Source: a virus (Duplodnaviria; Caudoviricetes). Taken from it: DNA of 26,024 nt. The stretch lies in IMG/VR virus record IMGVR_UViG_3300030059_002474, positions 1 through 26,024 of that record; one strand, written 5' to 3'. Below the pieces are notes generated by a model. The model ran no database searches and was not told where the DNA came from. It was given only the letters and a program-made list of their open reading frames with translations. Position numbers and translations under genes: made by a program. Positions 14,683-24,227 of the stretch are shown here, piece after piece. Position 1 is the stretch's first letter; the number at the start of each line of letters is the position of its first letter.

Positions 14683-16311
14683 ATGCGGGAACATGATGAC
14701 AGTCCCGTGGTGGGGCGTGAACCCTGCCCAGATTGTGGTTCCCGCAACAACCTAACCCGATACGCATCAGGCCGAGCTTATTGCTTTACGCCTGACTGCG
14801 CTCGACTTGAGTGGCCTGATGATGATGGCGAATACAAACCTCAAACTCCAAGGACTCGTATGGCTAGTGATTTAATAACAGGTGAAATCAGTGCGCTACG
14901 GCAACGTGGTATCTCTGAAGAAACTGCACGACATTTCGGGTACAAGATTGGTTCACACCGAGGCCAGCCTGTACATATTTGTCCATTACATAACGTAGAT
15001 GGAAAGTTAGTAGCACAACAACTGCGAACCTCAGACAAAGAGTTTCCCATCCTTGGCGACTTCAGTCAGACACCAATGTTTGGCACGAAGCTTTGGTCAA
15101 AAGGGAAGAAGGTTGTAGTCACTGAAGGCGCACTTGATGCAATGTCATTAAGCCAAATTCAAGACAACAAATGGCCTGTGGTTTCACTACCTAATGGAGC
15201 AGCAGGGGCAGCTAAAGCAATCAAAGCTAACCTGTCTTACTTCAATAATTTTGAAGAGGTCATCCTGATGTTTGATGCAGATGACGCAGGGGAGAAAGCT
15301 GCAAAGGCTTGCGCTCCACTGTTCGCTGCTGGTAAATGTTTCATCGCTACCATCAATGGTTATAAGGATGCTAACGAAGCACTGATGGCTGGTGCTAGTC
15401 GTAAGATTCTTGAGGCGATGTGGAATGCAAAGGTGTACCGACCTGATGGCATTGTGTCCTTAGCTGACATCCGTGAAGAGTTAGACAAACCTGTTGAGTG
15501 GGGCTTGTCTTGGTACTTAGATACCTTGAACAAGCAAACCTATGGAAGACGAAAAGGTGAAGTCTACTGCGTGGGTGCTGGTACGGGAGTTGGTAAAACT
15601 GACTTCCTCACTCAGCAAATAGTCTACGACATGTATGACTTAGAGCAGCGTGTTGGCATCTTCTTCCTAGAACAAATGCCTACTGAAACTGCCATACGAA
15701 TTGCAGGGAAACAGGCAGGTAAATTGTTTCATATCCCTGATGGGGATTGGACAAAGGAAGAGCGAAGCAATGCACTAGACGAACTCACTGAGTCTGACAG
15801 GTTGCGCATGTATGACAGCTTTGGTGTGTGCGAGTGGGATGTAGTTAAGTCCAACATCGAGTACATGCACCATGCTGAAGGTATTGAAATATTCTACATC
15901 GACCATCTCACTGCATTGGCTACTGGCCAAGGTACAGATGAACGTGTGGAACTTGAACGTATCACATCAGACATCGCCAAGTTAGCCAAAAGACTGAACA
16001 TCATAATCATTATGGTGAGTCACTTAGCTACACCAATCGGCAAACCTCACGAAGAGGGTGGCCGTGTATCAATCAGACACTTCAAAGGTTCACGGGCCAT
16101 CGGCTTCTGGTGTCACTTTATGTTTGGTCTTGAACGTGACCAGCAAGCTGAAGATGAAACTGAACGACAGACTACAACCTTCCGTGTCTTGAAAGATAGA
16201 TACACAGGCCAAGCCACAGGTTTGACCTTCCCACTTAACTATAACCATGTAACAGGAAAGCTCTACGAGGCTAGTCCATTTGACTCAGCCGCTTTAGCCA
16301 CACCCTTTTAA
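14683..16311 (+). CDS. primase/helicase (gp4-like)
   Basis: Zn ribbon CPDC...CFTPDC, TOPRIM TEGALD and MFDAD, Walker A GAGTGVGKT, IDHL, and LKDRYTG. Confidence 0.98.
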   Translation: MREHDDSPVVGREPCPDCGSRNNLTRYASGRAYCFTPDCARLEWPDDDGEYKPQTPRTRMASDLITGEISALRQRGISEETARHFGYKIGSHRGQPVHICPLHNVDGKLVAQQLRTSDKEFPILGDFSQTPMFGTKLWSKGKKVVVTEGALDAMSLSQIQDNKWPVVSLPNGAAGAAKAIKANLSYFNNFEEVILMFDADDAGEKAAKACAPLFAAGKCFIATINGYKDANEALMAGASRKILEAMWNAKVYRPDGIVSLADIREELDKPVEWGLSWYLDTLNKQTYGRRKGEVYCVGAGTGVGKTDFLTQQIVYDMYDLEQRVGIFFLEQMPTETAIRIAGKQAGKLFHIPDGDWTKEERSNALDELTESDRLRMYDSFGVCEWDVVKSNIEYMHHAEGIEIFYIDHLTALATGQGTDERVELERITSDIAKLAKRLNIIIIMVSHLATPIGKPHEEGGRVSIRHFKGSRAIGFWCHFMFGLERDQQAEDETERQTTTFRVLKDRYTGQATGLTFPLNYNHVTGKLYEASPFDSAALATPF

Positions 16312-16326
16312 CGAGAGAGACTAATT

Positions 16327-16557
16327 ATGTTTGATATTAAATTACATCCAGAAGTTGAAGATGCCTTTGATGATTTCACACTAACAATGACTGACTCTAT
16401 GATTCAGGCAGACCTTGAAAACTATGAAATGCTAACAGTAACTGGGCTTGTTTCCCCAGCCATTCAAGGCTTTGTTAAAACCATGTCTGACCTGTTGGAT
16501 AGGCGTGACCATATGAGTGAGCCAACTCAGTTAGAACTAGACTTAACGCTTAACTAA
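16327..16557 (+). CDS. acidic hypothetical protein
   Basis: GAGAG upstream; TAATG coupling to the polymerase gene. Confidence 0.75.
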   Translation: MFDIKLHPEVEDAFDDFTLTMTDSMIQADLENYEMLTVTGLVSPAIQGFVKTMSDLLDRRDHMSEPTQLELDLTLN

Positions 16558-18350
16558 TGCGCCTCGTCATAGACATTGAAACCAATGGCTTCCTTGAGCA
16601 TTTAACTACAATCCATTGCATCGTTGCCTATGACTTAGACACCACCACACTCTACAGATTTAAACCTGAAGAGATACGTGAGGGTATCGCTCTTCTTCAG
16701 TCGGCTGATGCATTGATTGCTCACAACGGCATCAAGTTTGATATACCAGCAATCCAGAAACTCTACCCTGATTTTAAACCGAATCAAGTCATAGACACCC
16801 TCGTCTGTTCACGCCTTATATGGTCAAACGTAAAGGACTTAGACTTCAGTCATTTCAGGAAAACTTTGCCCCCCAGGCTAATTGGTTCTCACTCGCTAAA
16901 GGCTTGGGGTTACAGGCTTGGAGAGCATAAGGGTGAGTATGGTCAGAAAGATAATGCTTGGGATAAATTCACGGAAGAAATGCTTACGTACTGTGAGCAA
17001 GATGTCCGTGTCACTGTAAATTTATACAACAAAGTGTTGGGCAAAGATTACAGCCAACAGGCATTAGACCTTGAGCATTCTGTAGCTGAACTGATGTGGA
17101 AGCAGGAGTGTAATGGGTTTGTGTTTGATGAAAAGAAAGCACAAGAACTGTACATCAATCTAGCGGAACAACGTGACGTAATCTACCAAGAACTTTACAG
17201 CTTGTTCCCATCTTGGGTGGTGTCTGAAGGTACTAAAAAACCAGCACGTAGCTGCAAGTACAAAGACCCACACAAAGCTGACCGAACAAAGGATGCTTCT
17301 TTCACGGCCATCAAGGTTGTTAACTTTAACCCGTCATCACGTGCCCATATCTCCAATCGTCTTATCAATAAGTATGATTGGAAGCCCTCAGTCTTCACAG
17401 ACAATGGACAGCCTAAAGTAGATGAAACAATTCTATCAAAGCTGCCCTATCCAGAAGCAAAGCACATGGCTACTTACTTCATGTTGCAGAAGCGTATTGG
17501 ACAAGTATCAGAAGGCAAGCAAGGCTGGCTCAAGGTCTGTACCAACGGAAAGATTCATGGAAGTGTGAACCCGAATGGAGCAGTCACTGGACGAGCCACG
17601 CACTCTTATCCGAACTTGGCTCAAGTACCCTCAATGCGTTCACCTTATGGTAAAGACTGCCGTGAGTTGTTCACTGTTCCTAAACATTGGAAGTTGATGG
17701 GTGCTGATGCATCTGGCTTGGAGCTTCGCTGTTTGGCTGCTTACATGGCTATCTATGATGATGGGGCTTACGTTGATGTCGTCTTAGATGGAGACATCCA
17801 CACTGTGAACCAACTTGCTGCTGGCCTACCTACACGTGAGGATTCAAAGCGTTTTATTTACGCTTTTAATTATGGGGCAGGTGACCAACTCATTGGTGAA
17901 CTGGTCGGTGGTGGAGCCAAAGAAGGGAAGAAGATTAAGAAGGCATTTCTTGATAAGACTCCTGCTTTAAAACAGTTACGTGAGGCTATCACCAAAGCTG
18001 CTGGACGTGGCTTCATCAAGGCAATTGATGGTCGGCGCATCCACATTCGCTCACCTCATGCTGCTCTTAACTCACTACTCCAATCTGCTGGTGCAATCAT
18101 TTGCAAACAGTGGCTTGTGGAATTTGAGAACGAGATGCAAGCCCAAGGATATACACATGGATGGAATGGCGACTACTGCCTCTGTGCGTGGGTACATGAT
18201 GAGATTCAAGTGGCTGTTCGTGAAGACATCGCTCAGAAGGTTGGTGAGATAGCTGTCTTAACAATTCAACGGGTCACTGAGGTGTTCAACTTTAAGTGTC
18301 CATTAGATGGAGAGTTCAACATTGGAAGCTCATGGGCTGAAACTCACTGA
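16557..18350 (+). CDS. family A DNA polymerase (gp5-like)
   Basis: Exonuclease motifs DIET, HNGIKFD and YCEQD; polymerase motifs DASGLELR, KRFIYAFNYG (Tyr at the T7 Y526 position) and VHDE. Confidence 0.99.
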   Translation: MRLVIDIETNGFLEHLTTIHCIVAYDLDTTTLYRFKPEEIREGIALLQSADALIAHNGIKFDIPAIQKLYPDFKPNQVIDTLVCSRLIWSNVKDLDFSHFRKTLPPRLIGSHSLKAWGYRLGEHKGEYGQKDNAWDKFTEEMLTYCEQDVRVTVNLYNKVLGKDYSQQALDLEHSVAELMWKQECNGFVFDEKKAQELYINLAEQRDVIYQELYSLFPSWVVSEGTKKPARSCKYKDPHKADRTKDASFTAIKVVNFNPSSRAHISNRLINKYDWKPSVFTDNGQPKVDETILSKLPYPEAKHMATYFMLQKRIGQVSEGKQGWLKVCTNGKIHGSVNPNGAVTGRATHSYPNLAQVPSMRSPYGKDCRELFTVPKHWKLMGADASGLELRCLAAYMAIYDDGAYVDVVLDGDIHTVNQLAAGLPTREDSKRFIYAFNYGAGDQLIGELVGGGAKEGKKIKKAFLDKTPALKQLREAITKAAGRGFIKAIDGRRIHIRSPHAALNSLLQSAGAIICKQWLVEFENEMQAQGYTHGWNGDYCLCAWVHDEIQVAVREDIAQKVGEIAVLTIQRVTEVFNFKCPLDGEFNIGSSWAETH

Positions 18351-18552
18351 GGTACTAAGACGTGCCTATCAATCACCCTTTACGACACGCAGTGAATTCT
18401 CTCGCACTAACGCTGAGTGGATAGCTGTGTGTGCGTGTCAGGGTTTTATATCAACCAGTATTGTAGGTGATGACGAGTTCGGCAGAGTGTGGCATATCAC
18501 TGTCATGGGCCTAATGCATCTACGAGAAACCAGAGGACAGTCTGATGACTGA
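18307..18552 (+). CDS. gp5.7-like protein (start uncertain)
   Basis: VL......P.T..S.F.R.NA..IA..A..G.IS...G.VW.IT..G...L pattern and position match T7 gp5.7. Confidence 0.75.
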   Translation: MESSTLEAHGLKLTEVLRRAYQSPFTTRSEFSRTNAEWIAVCACQGFISTSIVGDDEFGRVWHITVMGLMHLRETRGQSDD

Positions 18553-18706
18553 CGAAACTGTAACAGTGAATCGTGAATACCTGACCTACATAGAAAAAGA
18601 CAGCCACTTGTTGGAATGCCTTTACAGCTACGGAGTAGAAGAGTGGGCAGGATTTAAAAAAGCTTTGGACATGTACCACGAAGAACTAAAGGAGTTTGAC
18701 GAATGA
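18545..18706 (+). CDS. 53-aa acidic protein at a gp5.9-like position (not in ORF track)
   Basis: GAGGA SD; MTDETVTVNREYLTYIEKDSHLLECLYSYGVEEWAGFKKALDMYHEELKEFDE*; ATGA overlap with thyX. Confidence 0.8.
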   Translation: MTDETVTVNREYLTYIEKDSHLLECLYSYGVEEWAGFKKALDMYHEELKEFDE

Positions 18707-19353
18707 AAGCTGAATACATTGACAGCATGGGCAGTGATGCCTCAGTTGTTCGTGCAGCCCGTGTGTCGTTCTCTTCAGACACCACAGAGTTTGATGAAGA
18801 TAAGGATTGTAAGTTAATTAATTACCTTGCTAACCACAGTCATTGGACTCCATTTGCTCACACCTCTGTGACTCTGCGTATGACTGCTCCTGTGCCTATT
18901 CGCACCCAATGCTTTAAGCACAAAGTTGGCTTCAGTGAGAACGAAGAAAGCCGCAGGTACATCAGTTCTAAGCCCACCTTCTTCATCCCTGACCAGTTCA
19001 GGAAAGCTCCTAAAGGTAGCGCAAAGCAGGGTAGTGGTGAAGACATGCATCCCACTGGTAACAAGCATTGGAAGCGTCAATTTCAGACAGTAAACACTGT
19101 TTGCCTAGAAGCCTACGAGACTGCTGTGGCTGGTGGTATGTGTCCTGAACAAGCTCGATTTATGTTACCCCAAGGTACTGAGGTTTCTTGGTATTGGACA
19201 GGTTCAATAGCTGCCTTTGCACGTTTCGTTAAGCAGCGAACTGACCCTCATGCTCAAAAAGAAATCCAAGACCTAGCCCAAGAAGTATCCAACATCATTG
19301 AACCTAAGTTCCCTGTTAGTTGGAACGCCCTTATAGGAGAACACAATGGTTGA
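18703..19353 (+). CDS. thyX: flavin-dependent thymidylate synthase
   Basis: RAARVS, HWTPF, KHKVGFSENEESRRY, EQARFMLP and HAQKEI. Confidence 0.95.
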   Translation: MKAEYIDSMGSDASVVRAARVSFSSDTTEFDEDKDCKLINYLANHSHWTPFAHTSVTLRMTAPVPIRTQCFKHKVGFSENEESRRYISSKPTFFIPDQFRKAPKGSAKQGSGEDMHPTGNKHWKRQFQTVNTVCLEAYETAVAGGMCPEQARFMLPQGTEVSWYWTGSIAAFARFVKQRTDPHAQKEIQDLAQEVSNIIEPKFPVSWNALIGEHNG

Positions 19354-19537
19354 AACTTTAATGATGGTTCTTGTTTGTCTAGCCTTTTCAGTAGTGTCAC
19401 TAGCCTTAGCTTTTAACTTTGCAATGGGTGCATACCTTGATTGGCAAGAACAGAACGTAGCAATTAAGCATGGTATTCAGGTTGTGACTAGGCGAAATAT
19501 GGAAGCAGGAGAAGTCTATGACGACCTTACTGATTGA
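19346..19537 (+). CDS. small membrane protein
   Basis: AGGAG SD and an N-terminal TM helix. Confidence 0.75.
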   Translation: MVETLMMVLVCLAFSVVSLALAFNFAMGAYLDWQEQNVAIKHGIQVVTRRNMEAGEVYDDLTD

Positions 19538-20288
19538 TGGTGACATCGTGGCTTATCAAGCTGCGGCTGCTACTGAAGTCCCAGTGAAATGGGATGATGA
19601 CTTATGGACACTTCATGCCTATGAGTCAGAAGGCCAAGACCTAATCAGGAAGAAGATAGCTTCGATGCTTGAACACACAGGTGCTGAAAATTATAAGCTC
19701 TACCTGACAGGTTCAAAGAACTATCGGACTGATGTACTAGAATCCTACAAAGGTAATCGTAAGGATGTGCGTAAGCCACTCACATTAAAGCCACTCAAGC
19801 AGTGGATGATTGATGAGTATCAGGCTGTGCTTCGTGAACCTTTTGAAGCAGACGACTTGCTAGGTATTCGGGGTAGTGATGGTAATGACACCATCGTTGT
19901 GTCTGAGGACAAAGACCTCAAGACCATACCATGCAGATTCTTTAACCCTGCCCACCCAGAAGATGGTGTGGTTACTATTAGCGAAGCTGATGCTGACTTC
20001 TCTTTCTTCACCCAAGTCCTCACTGGTGATGCTGTAGACAACTACAAAGGTTGTCCAAAAGTTGGCCCTGTAAAAGCCCAGCAAATCCTCCACAAAGCGT
20101 CACTCCAATCCACAGACCTCCACCTACGTAATGTAGCAATCTGGGAAGCTATCGTAGCTGCCTATAAGAAGGCTGACCTGACTGAATATGACGCATTAAC
20201 CCAAGCCCGATGTGCAAGAATTTTACGATTCAATGACATCACTGATGATGGAAATATTATCTTATGGACACCACCAAAATTAAATTAG
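19518..20288 (+). CDS. 5'-3' exonuclease (gp6-like)
   Basis: LIDGD, YKGNR, EADD, DKD, GDAVDNYKGCP and QARCARILR. Confidence 0.96.
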   Translation: MTTLLIDGDIVAYQAAAATEVPVKWDDDLWTLHAYESEGQDLIRKKIASMLEHTGAENYKLYLTGSKNYRTDVLESYKGNRKDVRKPLTLKPLKQWMIDEYQAVLREPFEADDLLGIRGSDGNDTIVVSEDKDLKTIPCRFFNPAHPEDGVVTISEADADFSFFTQVLTGDAVDNYKGCPKVGPVKAQQILHKASLQSTDLHLRNVAIWEAIVAAYKKADLTEYDALTQARCARILRFNDITDDGNIILWTPPKLN

Positions 20289-20497
20289 GTCTATCCCGCC
20301 AAGAAGGAGGTGACCATTACGTGCATCCAATCCAGCCCATTGAATACATCATGCTAAATGAACTCGACTTTTGTGCAGCTAACATTGTGAAGTACGCAAC
20401 CCGTGCGCCCTACAAAGGTCAGTTTGAATCTGATGTTAAAAAAATAATTCACTATGCCGAGCTATGGCAAGACATAAAAGGACGAACCTATGATTGA
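20264..20497 (+). CDS. DUF3310 / gp1.7-like protein
   Basis: QEGGDHY, IQPIEYI and NIVKY..R...KG. Confidence 0.8.
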   Translation: MDTTKIKLGLSRQEGGDHYVHPIQPIEYIMLNELDFCAANIVKYATRAPYKGQFESDVKKIIHYAELWQDIKGRTYD

Positions 20498-20816
20498 CCT
20501 CATGAGCTTTAACCTTTATCAAAAAGCTGCCCTTGAGACAGCCGTCTTTCCAAAAGAAAATGCATTGCCTTACCTGTCCCTAGGTCTTGCTGCTGAAGCT
20601 GGTGAAGTCGCTGATAAGGTCGCTAAATACTATCGCAGTGATAACCCCTTAGACCCAGAAGAATTGATGAAAGAAGTGGGTGATGTTCTTTGGTTTGCAG
20701 CCTTACTTGCCAGCCATTTTGGTTACAGCTTAGAGCATATTGCATTGATGAATTTGCATAAGCTTAACTCTCGTAAAGAGCGGGGAACATTGAAGGGTTC
20801 GGGTGACAACCGATGA
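20490..20816 (+). CDS. MazG-like nucleotide pyrophosphohydrolase
   Basis: LGLAAEAGEV, KEVGDVLWF and N..KL..R...G.L.GSGDNR. Confidence 0.9.
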   Translation: MIDLMSFNLYQKAALETAVFPKENALPYLSLGLAAEAGEVADKVAKYYRSDNPLDPEELMKEVGDVLWFAALLASHFGYSLEHIALMNLHKLNSRKERGTLKGSGDNR

Positions 20817-21046
20817 TTATAAAGTTCCACACGAAAGGGTGCAGCCCATGTAAAACTGTGTCTTCAATTCTTGATAATTTAGATGTGAGTTATGAGGAAA
20901 TTGATATTGGTAAGGACACTGACTCAGCGATTCTATATCGCGTCATGAGCGTCCCTACATTGCTCAATACTGATAATGGTTCAAGGCTTATAGGCTTTAA
21001 AAATAAGGCCACAGTGGAGGCTTGGATAGATGACAATCAAGGTTGA
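20813..21046 (+). CDS. thioredoxin/glutaredoxin-like protein
   Basis: CSPC and SVPT motifs, directly upstream of nrdA. Confidence 0.9.
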   Translation: MIIKFHTKGCSPCKTVSSILDNLDVSYEEIDIGKDTDSAILYRVMSVPTLLNTDNGSRLIGFKNKATVEAWIDDNQG

Positions 21047-22790
21047 TTACTCACGTAACAGTTTGCTATCAGAGCAAGCTTATACCCTTCTCAATGACTA
21101 CTACTGTCGTGAGGGGGAAGACCCTCAAGATGCTTATGCCCGTGCAGCGATGGCCTTCTGTAAAACTGATTACGAGTTAGCGCAGCGTATCTATGACTAT
21201 GCCAGTAAAGGCTGGTTCATGTTCAGTTCACCCATATTATCAAACGCCCCAGCGCAAGGAGAGAAGGCTCGTGGATTACCTATTTCATGTTTTCTTAGTT
21301 ACGTGCCTGATAGCTTGCATGGTCTTATCGGACACACGACAGAACTACGATGGTTATCCGTTAAAGGTGGTGGAGTTGGTGGTCATTGGTCTAGCGTTCG
21401 CAGTGTTAGTGACGTGGCTCCTAGTCCAATTCCTTTCCTTAAAACAGTAGACAGTGACATGACTGCTTACAGGCAGGGCAAGACTCGCAAAGGTTCTTAT
21501 GCTGCCTACATGGATATTAGTCACCCTGACATAGTTGAGTTTATTAACATCCGTGTGCCAACAGGAGGCGACCCTAATCGCAAAGCATTTAACATTCACA
21601 ACGCTGTGAATATACCTGATGCTTTTATGGATGCAGTCAATGCTGGTGGTGAATGGAATCTGATAGACCCAAATGACCAAACAGTTAGGGATAAAATACT
21701 GGCGCGTGATTTATGGGAACGTCTGATTGAAACACGATTTCGCACAGGTGAGCCTTATCTCAATTTTATTGATGAAGCTAATAGGCATCTGCCTCCAGCG
21801 ATGAAAGATAAGGGTCTGACCATTCATGGTTCAAACCTGTGTAATGAGATACACCTGCCTACCTCTGAAGACCGAACTGCTGTGTGTTGTTTGTCTAGTG
21901 TGAACCTAGAACATTATGAGCATTGGAAGAACACCACGATGGTGGCTGACCTCATTGAAATGCTTGATAACGTCATTAGCTTCTTCTGCTTTCATGCACC
22001 TAAAGAACTCCACAAGGCTGTCTTCAGTGCCACTCAAGAGCGAAGCTTAGGTCTTGGAGCAATGGGTTTTCATAGCGCATTACAACGTGCTGGAATACCT
22101 TGGGAGTCCATAATGGCTACCTCGTATAACACTGAGATGTTTACGCATATCAAGGCACAAGCTACCGAAGCGACAATTCGCCTGGGGGGAGAACGTGGTG
22201 CATGTCCTGATGTTGAAGGTGTCCGTAACTCACACCTAATGGCTATAGCACCAAACGCAAACTCATCAATTATTGCTGGTTGTTCAGCTTCCATTGAACC
22301 TCTTAAATCTAACGCATTTACACATCGTACCCGTGTTGGAGCGCACCTTGTCGTCAACCCTTACCTTGATAAAGTAATCTTTGACTATGCATACACATGG
22401 ATGAATGAATCTAAAGTTTGGATAGAAGAACAATGGACTTCAATCATTCTGCATGAGGGCAGCGTCCAGCATCTTGAGTGGATGGATGAGTGGCATAAAG
22501 AAATCTACAAGACAGCTTTTGAGCTAGACCAACGCTGGGTAATAGACCATGCAGCAGAGCGTCAACCATACATCTGCCAAGGTCAAAGCGTAAACCTATT
22601 CTTCCCTGCTGGGACTGATAAGGCTTACGTCAATGAGGTACATCTTCGTGCCTTCAACAAGAAACTTAAAGGACTTTATTACCTGCGAACTTCCGCAGGG
22701 GCTAAGGCTGATACTGTCAGCTTCAAGCCTACTCGCGTAGCTTTAAAAGACTATGCCGATGATGATGAATGCCTTTCCTGTCATGGATAA
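21030..22790 (+). CDS. nrdA: ribonucleotide reductase class I alpha subunit
   Basis: ISCF, GGGVG, SNLCNEI, APNANSS, GLYYLR and a C-terminal CLSC; no ATP cone. Confidence 0.97.
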   Translation: MTIKVDYSRNSLLSEQAYTLLNDYYCREGEDPQDAYARAAMAFCKTDYELAQRIYDYASKGWFMFSSPILSNAPAQGEKARGLPISCFLSYVPDSLHGLIGHTTELRWLSVKGGGVGGHWSSVRSVSDVAPSPIPFLKTVDSDMTAYRQGKTRKGSYAAYMDISHPDIVEFINIRVPTGGDPNRKAFNIHNAVNIPDAFMDAVNAGGEWNLIDPNDQTVRDKILARDLWERLIETRFRTGEPYLNFIDEANRHLPPAMKDKGLTIHGSNLCNEIHLPTSEDRTAVCCLSSVNLEHYEHWKNTTMVADLIEMLDNVISFFCFHAPKELHKAVFSATQERSLGLGAMGFHSALQRAGIPWESIMATSYNTEMFTHIKAQATEATIRLGGERGACPDVEGVRNSHLMAIAPNANSSIIAGCSASIEPLKSNAFTHRTRVGAHLVVNPYLDKVIFDYAYTWMNESKVWIEEQWTSIILHEGSVQHLEWMDEWHKEIYKTAFELDQRWVIDHAAERQPYICQGQSVNLFFPAGTDKAYVNEVHLRAFNKKLKGLYYLRTSAGAKADTVSFKPTRVALKDYADDDECLSCHG

Positions 22791-22793
22791 ACA

Positions 22794-23747
22794 ATGAGCT
22801 TATTAACAGCATCAAAAGCTTTTAAACCATTCTCCTATGCCAGCTTTGTCACTCAAGCAATTGAACATGACAAGCTGCATTGGGGCGAGTGGGAATGTGA
22901 CTTAAATGAAGATGTCACTCAGTGGAAGTCTGGCAAGATTTCTGCACCTGAGAAAAACTTCATCACCCAAATCCTTCGGCTCTTCACACAATCAGATGTG
23001 ATAGTTGGAGGCAGCTATGTAGATGTCTTCCTACCTCGTATTAAGAACAATGAGGCAAGGATGATGATGTTGTCCTTTGCCCAGCGAGAGACAATCCACA
23101 TGCGCTCTTACGCATTACTCAACGACACCCTTGGATTCCCAGAGTCTGAGTACACAGCGTTCCTTGAGTACGAGGCAATGGCTGAGAAGATTGAGTTTAT
23201 GCAGACCTTTGACCCAGACACTAAGCAAGGGCTGGCTAAGTCCATTGCTCAGACTGTTTGCAATGAGGGGATGTCCCTGTTTTCTGCCTTCGTCATGCTC
23301 CTTAACTTTCAGCGTTTTGGAAAGCTTAAAGGGATGTGCGAGATAGTTGAATGGTCAATACGTGATGAAACAATACATGTTGCAGGTATGACTGAATTGT
23401 TCCGTGTTTATATCAACGAAAATCCAGAGGTTGTGACTGATGAATTTAAATTATCTATCTACGAAATGTACCGCACTGCTGTGCAGCTTGAAGATAAGGT
23501 TATTGATTTGGCGTTTGAATTGGGTGCTATGGAAGGTATCACTTCGGACGAGGTTAAAAAATATATACGCTATATCGCAGATAGACGTTTAACCAACTTA
23601 GGTTTAAAGCCTAACTGGGAGATTGAAGAGAACCCACTTCCTTGGCTTGATTGGGTTTTAAATGGCGACAGCTTCAAGAACTTCTTTGAAGGTCGTGTTA
23701 CTGACTACTCAGCAGATGGTATGTCTGGTTCTTCTTGGGGCTGGTAA
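22794..23747 (+). CDS. nrdB: ribonucleotide reductase class Ia beta subunit
   Basis: FTQSD, ETIHMRSY (radical Tyr), NEG, RDETIH and NFFE.RVTDY. Confidence 0.97.
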   Translation: MSLLTASKAFKPFSYASFVTQAIEHDKLHWGEWECDLNEDVTQWKSGKISAPEKNFITQILRLFTQSDVIVGGSYVDVFLPRIKNNEARMMMLSFAQRETIHMRSYALLNDTLGFPESEYTAFLEYEAMAEKIEFMQTFDPDTKQGLAKSIAQTVCNEGMSLFSAFVMLLNFQRFGKLKGMCEIVEWSIRDETIHVAGMTELFRVYINENPEVVTDEFKLSIYEMYRTAVQLEDKVIDLAFELGAMEGITSDEVKKYIRYIADRRLTNLGLKPNWEIEENPLPWLDWVLNGDSFKNFFEGRVTDYSADGMSGSSWGW

Positions 23748-23765
23748 GCATGTCAGAACTAGAGC

Positions 23766-23788
23766 ATGAATATAATTGCATTATAAGG
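23766..23788 (+). promoter_or_regulatory. phage RNAP promoter (class III, start of the structural module)
   Basis: ATGAATATAATTGCATTATAAGG. Confidence 0.8.
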
Positions 23789-23796
23789 ACATCCTA

Positions 23797-23985
23797 ATGA
23801 CTATTGACAAGTTCCCACCTGTATCTGTGGAGCTAACCAACGCCCTGCGTGAATTTTTTCCTATCAACGAAAGAACATTGGAACAATCACAAAATGAAAT
23901 CCAAAACACTCGTGGTATGTACACCATCATTACCTTTTTAGAACACGTCACTGACGTACAAAATAACCAAGATTCGGAGTCTTAA
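23797..23985 (+). CDS. small protein at the gp6.5-like position (start revised to ATG 23797)
   Basis: AAGGA SD; the ORF-track TTG start lies inside the promoter. Confidence 0.75.
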   Translation: MTIDKFPPVSVELTNALREFFPINERTLEQSQNEIQNTRGMYTIITFLEHVTDVQNNQDSES

Positions 23986-23987
23986 TT

Positions 23988-24221
23988 ATGTGTTTTCCAA
24001 TGTCTTCCCCATCCCCAGCAGCCGCAGCCGCAGCCGCTCCTCCCCCTCCAGTAGCACCACCCCCTGCTGACATGAGAGTCGCTAAACTAAAGATTGGTGA
24101 TGAAGGTAAAAGTGGCTCACGTTCTCAGTACAATAAGAAGAAGAGAGGCACAGCAGCCTTGCGTATTGATTCTCAAGTTGGTGGCACTGCTGCTGCTGGT
24201 ACAAATATTCCAAAGAAGTAA
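23988..24221 (+). CDS. gp6.7-like virion protein
   Basis: MCF start, Pro/Ala-rich segment and KKRG..ALRID; directly before the portal gene. Confidence 0.75.
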   Translation: MCFPMSSPSPAAAAAAAPPPPVAPPPADMRVAKLKIGDEGKSGSRSQYNKKKRGTAALRIDSQVGGTAAAGTNIPKK

Positions 24222-24227
24222 ATCTAT

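Noticed and set aside
24018-24036. GCAGCC triple repeat
   Set aside because: It encodes the poly-Ala tract of the gp6.7-like protein; ordinary low complexity.
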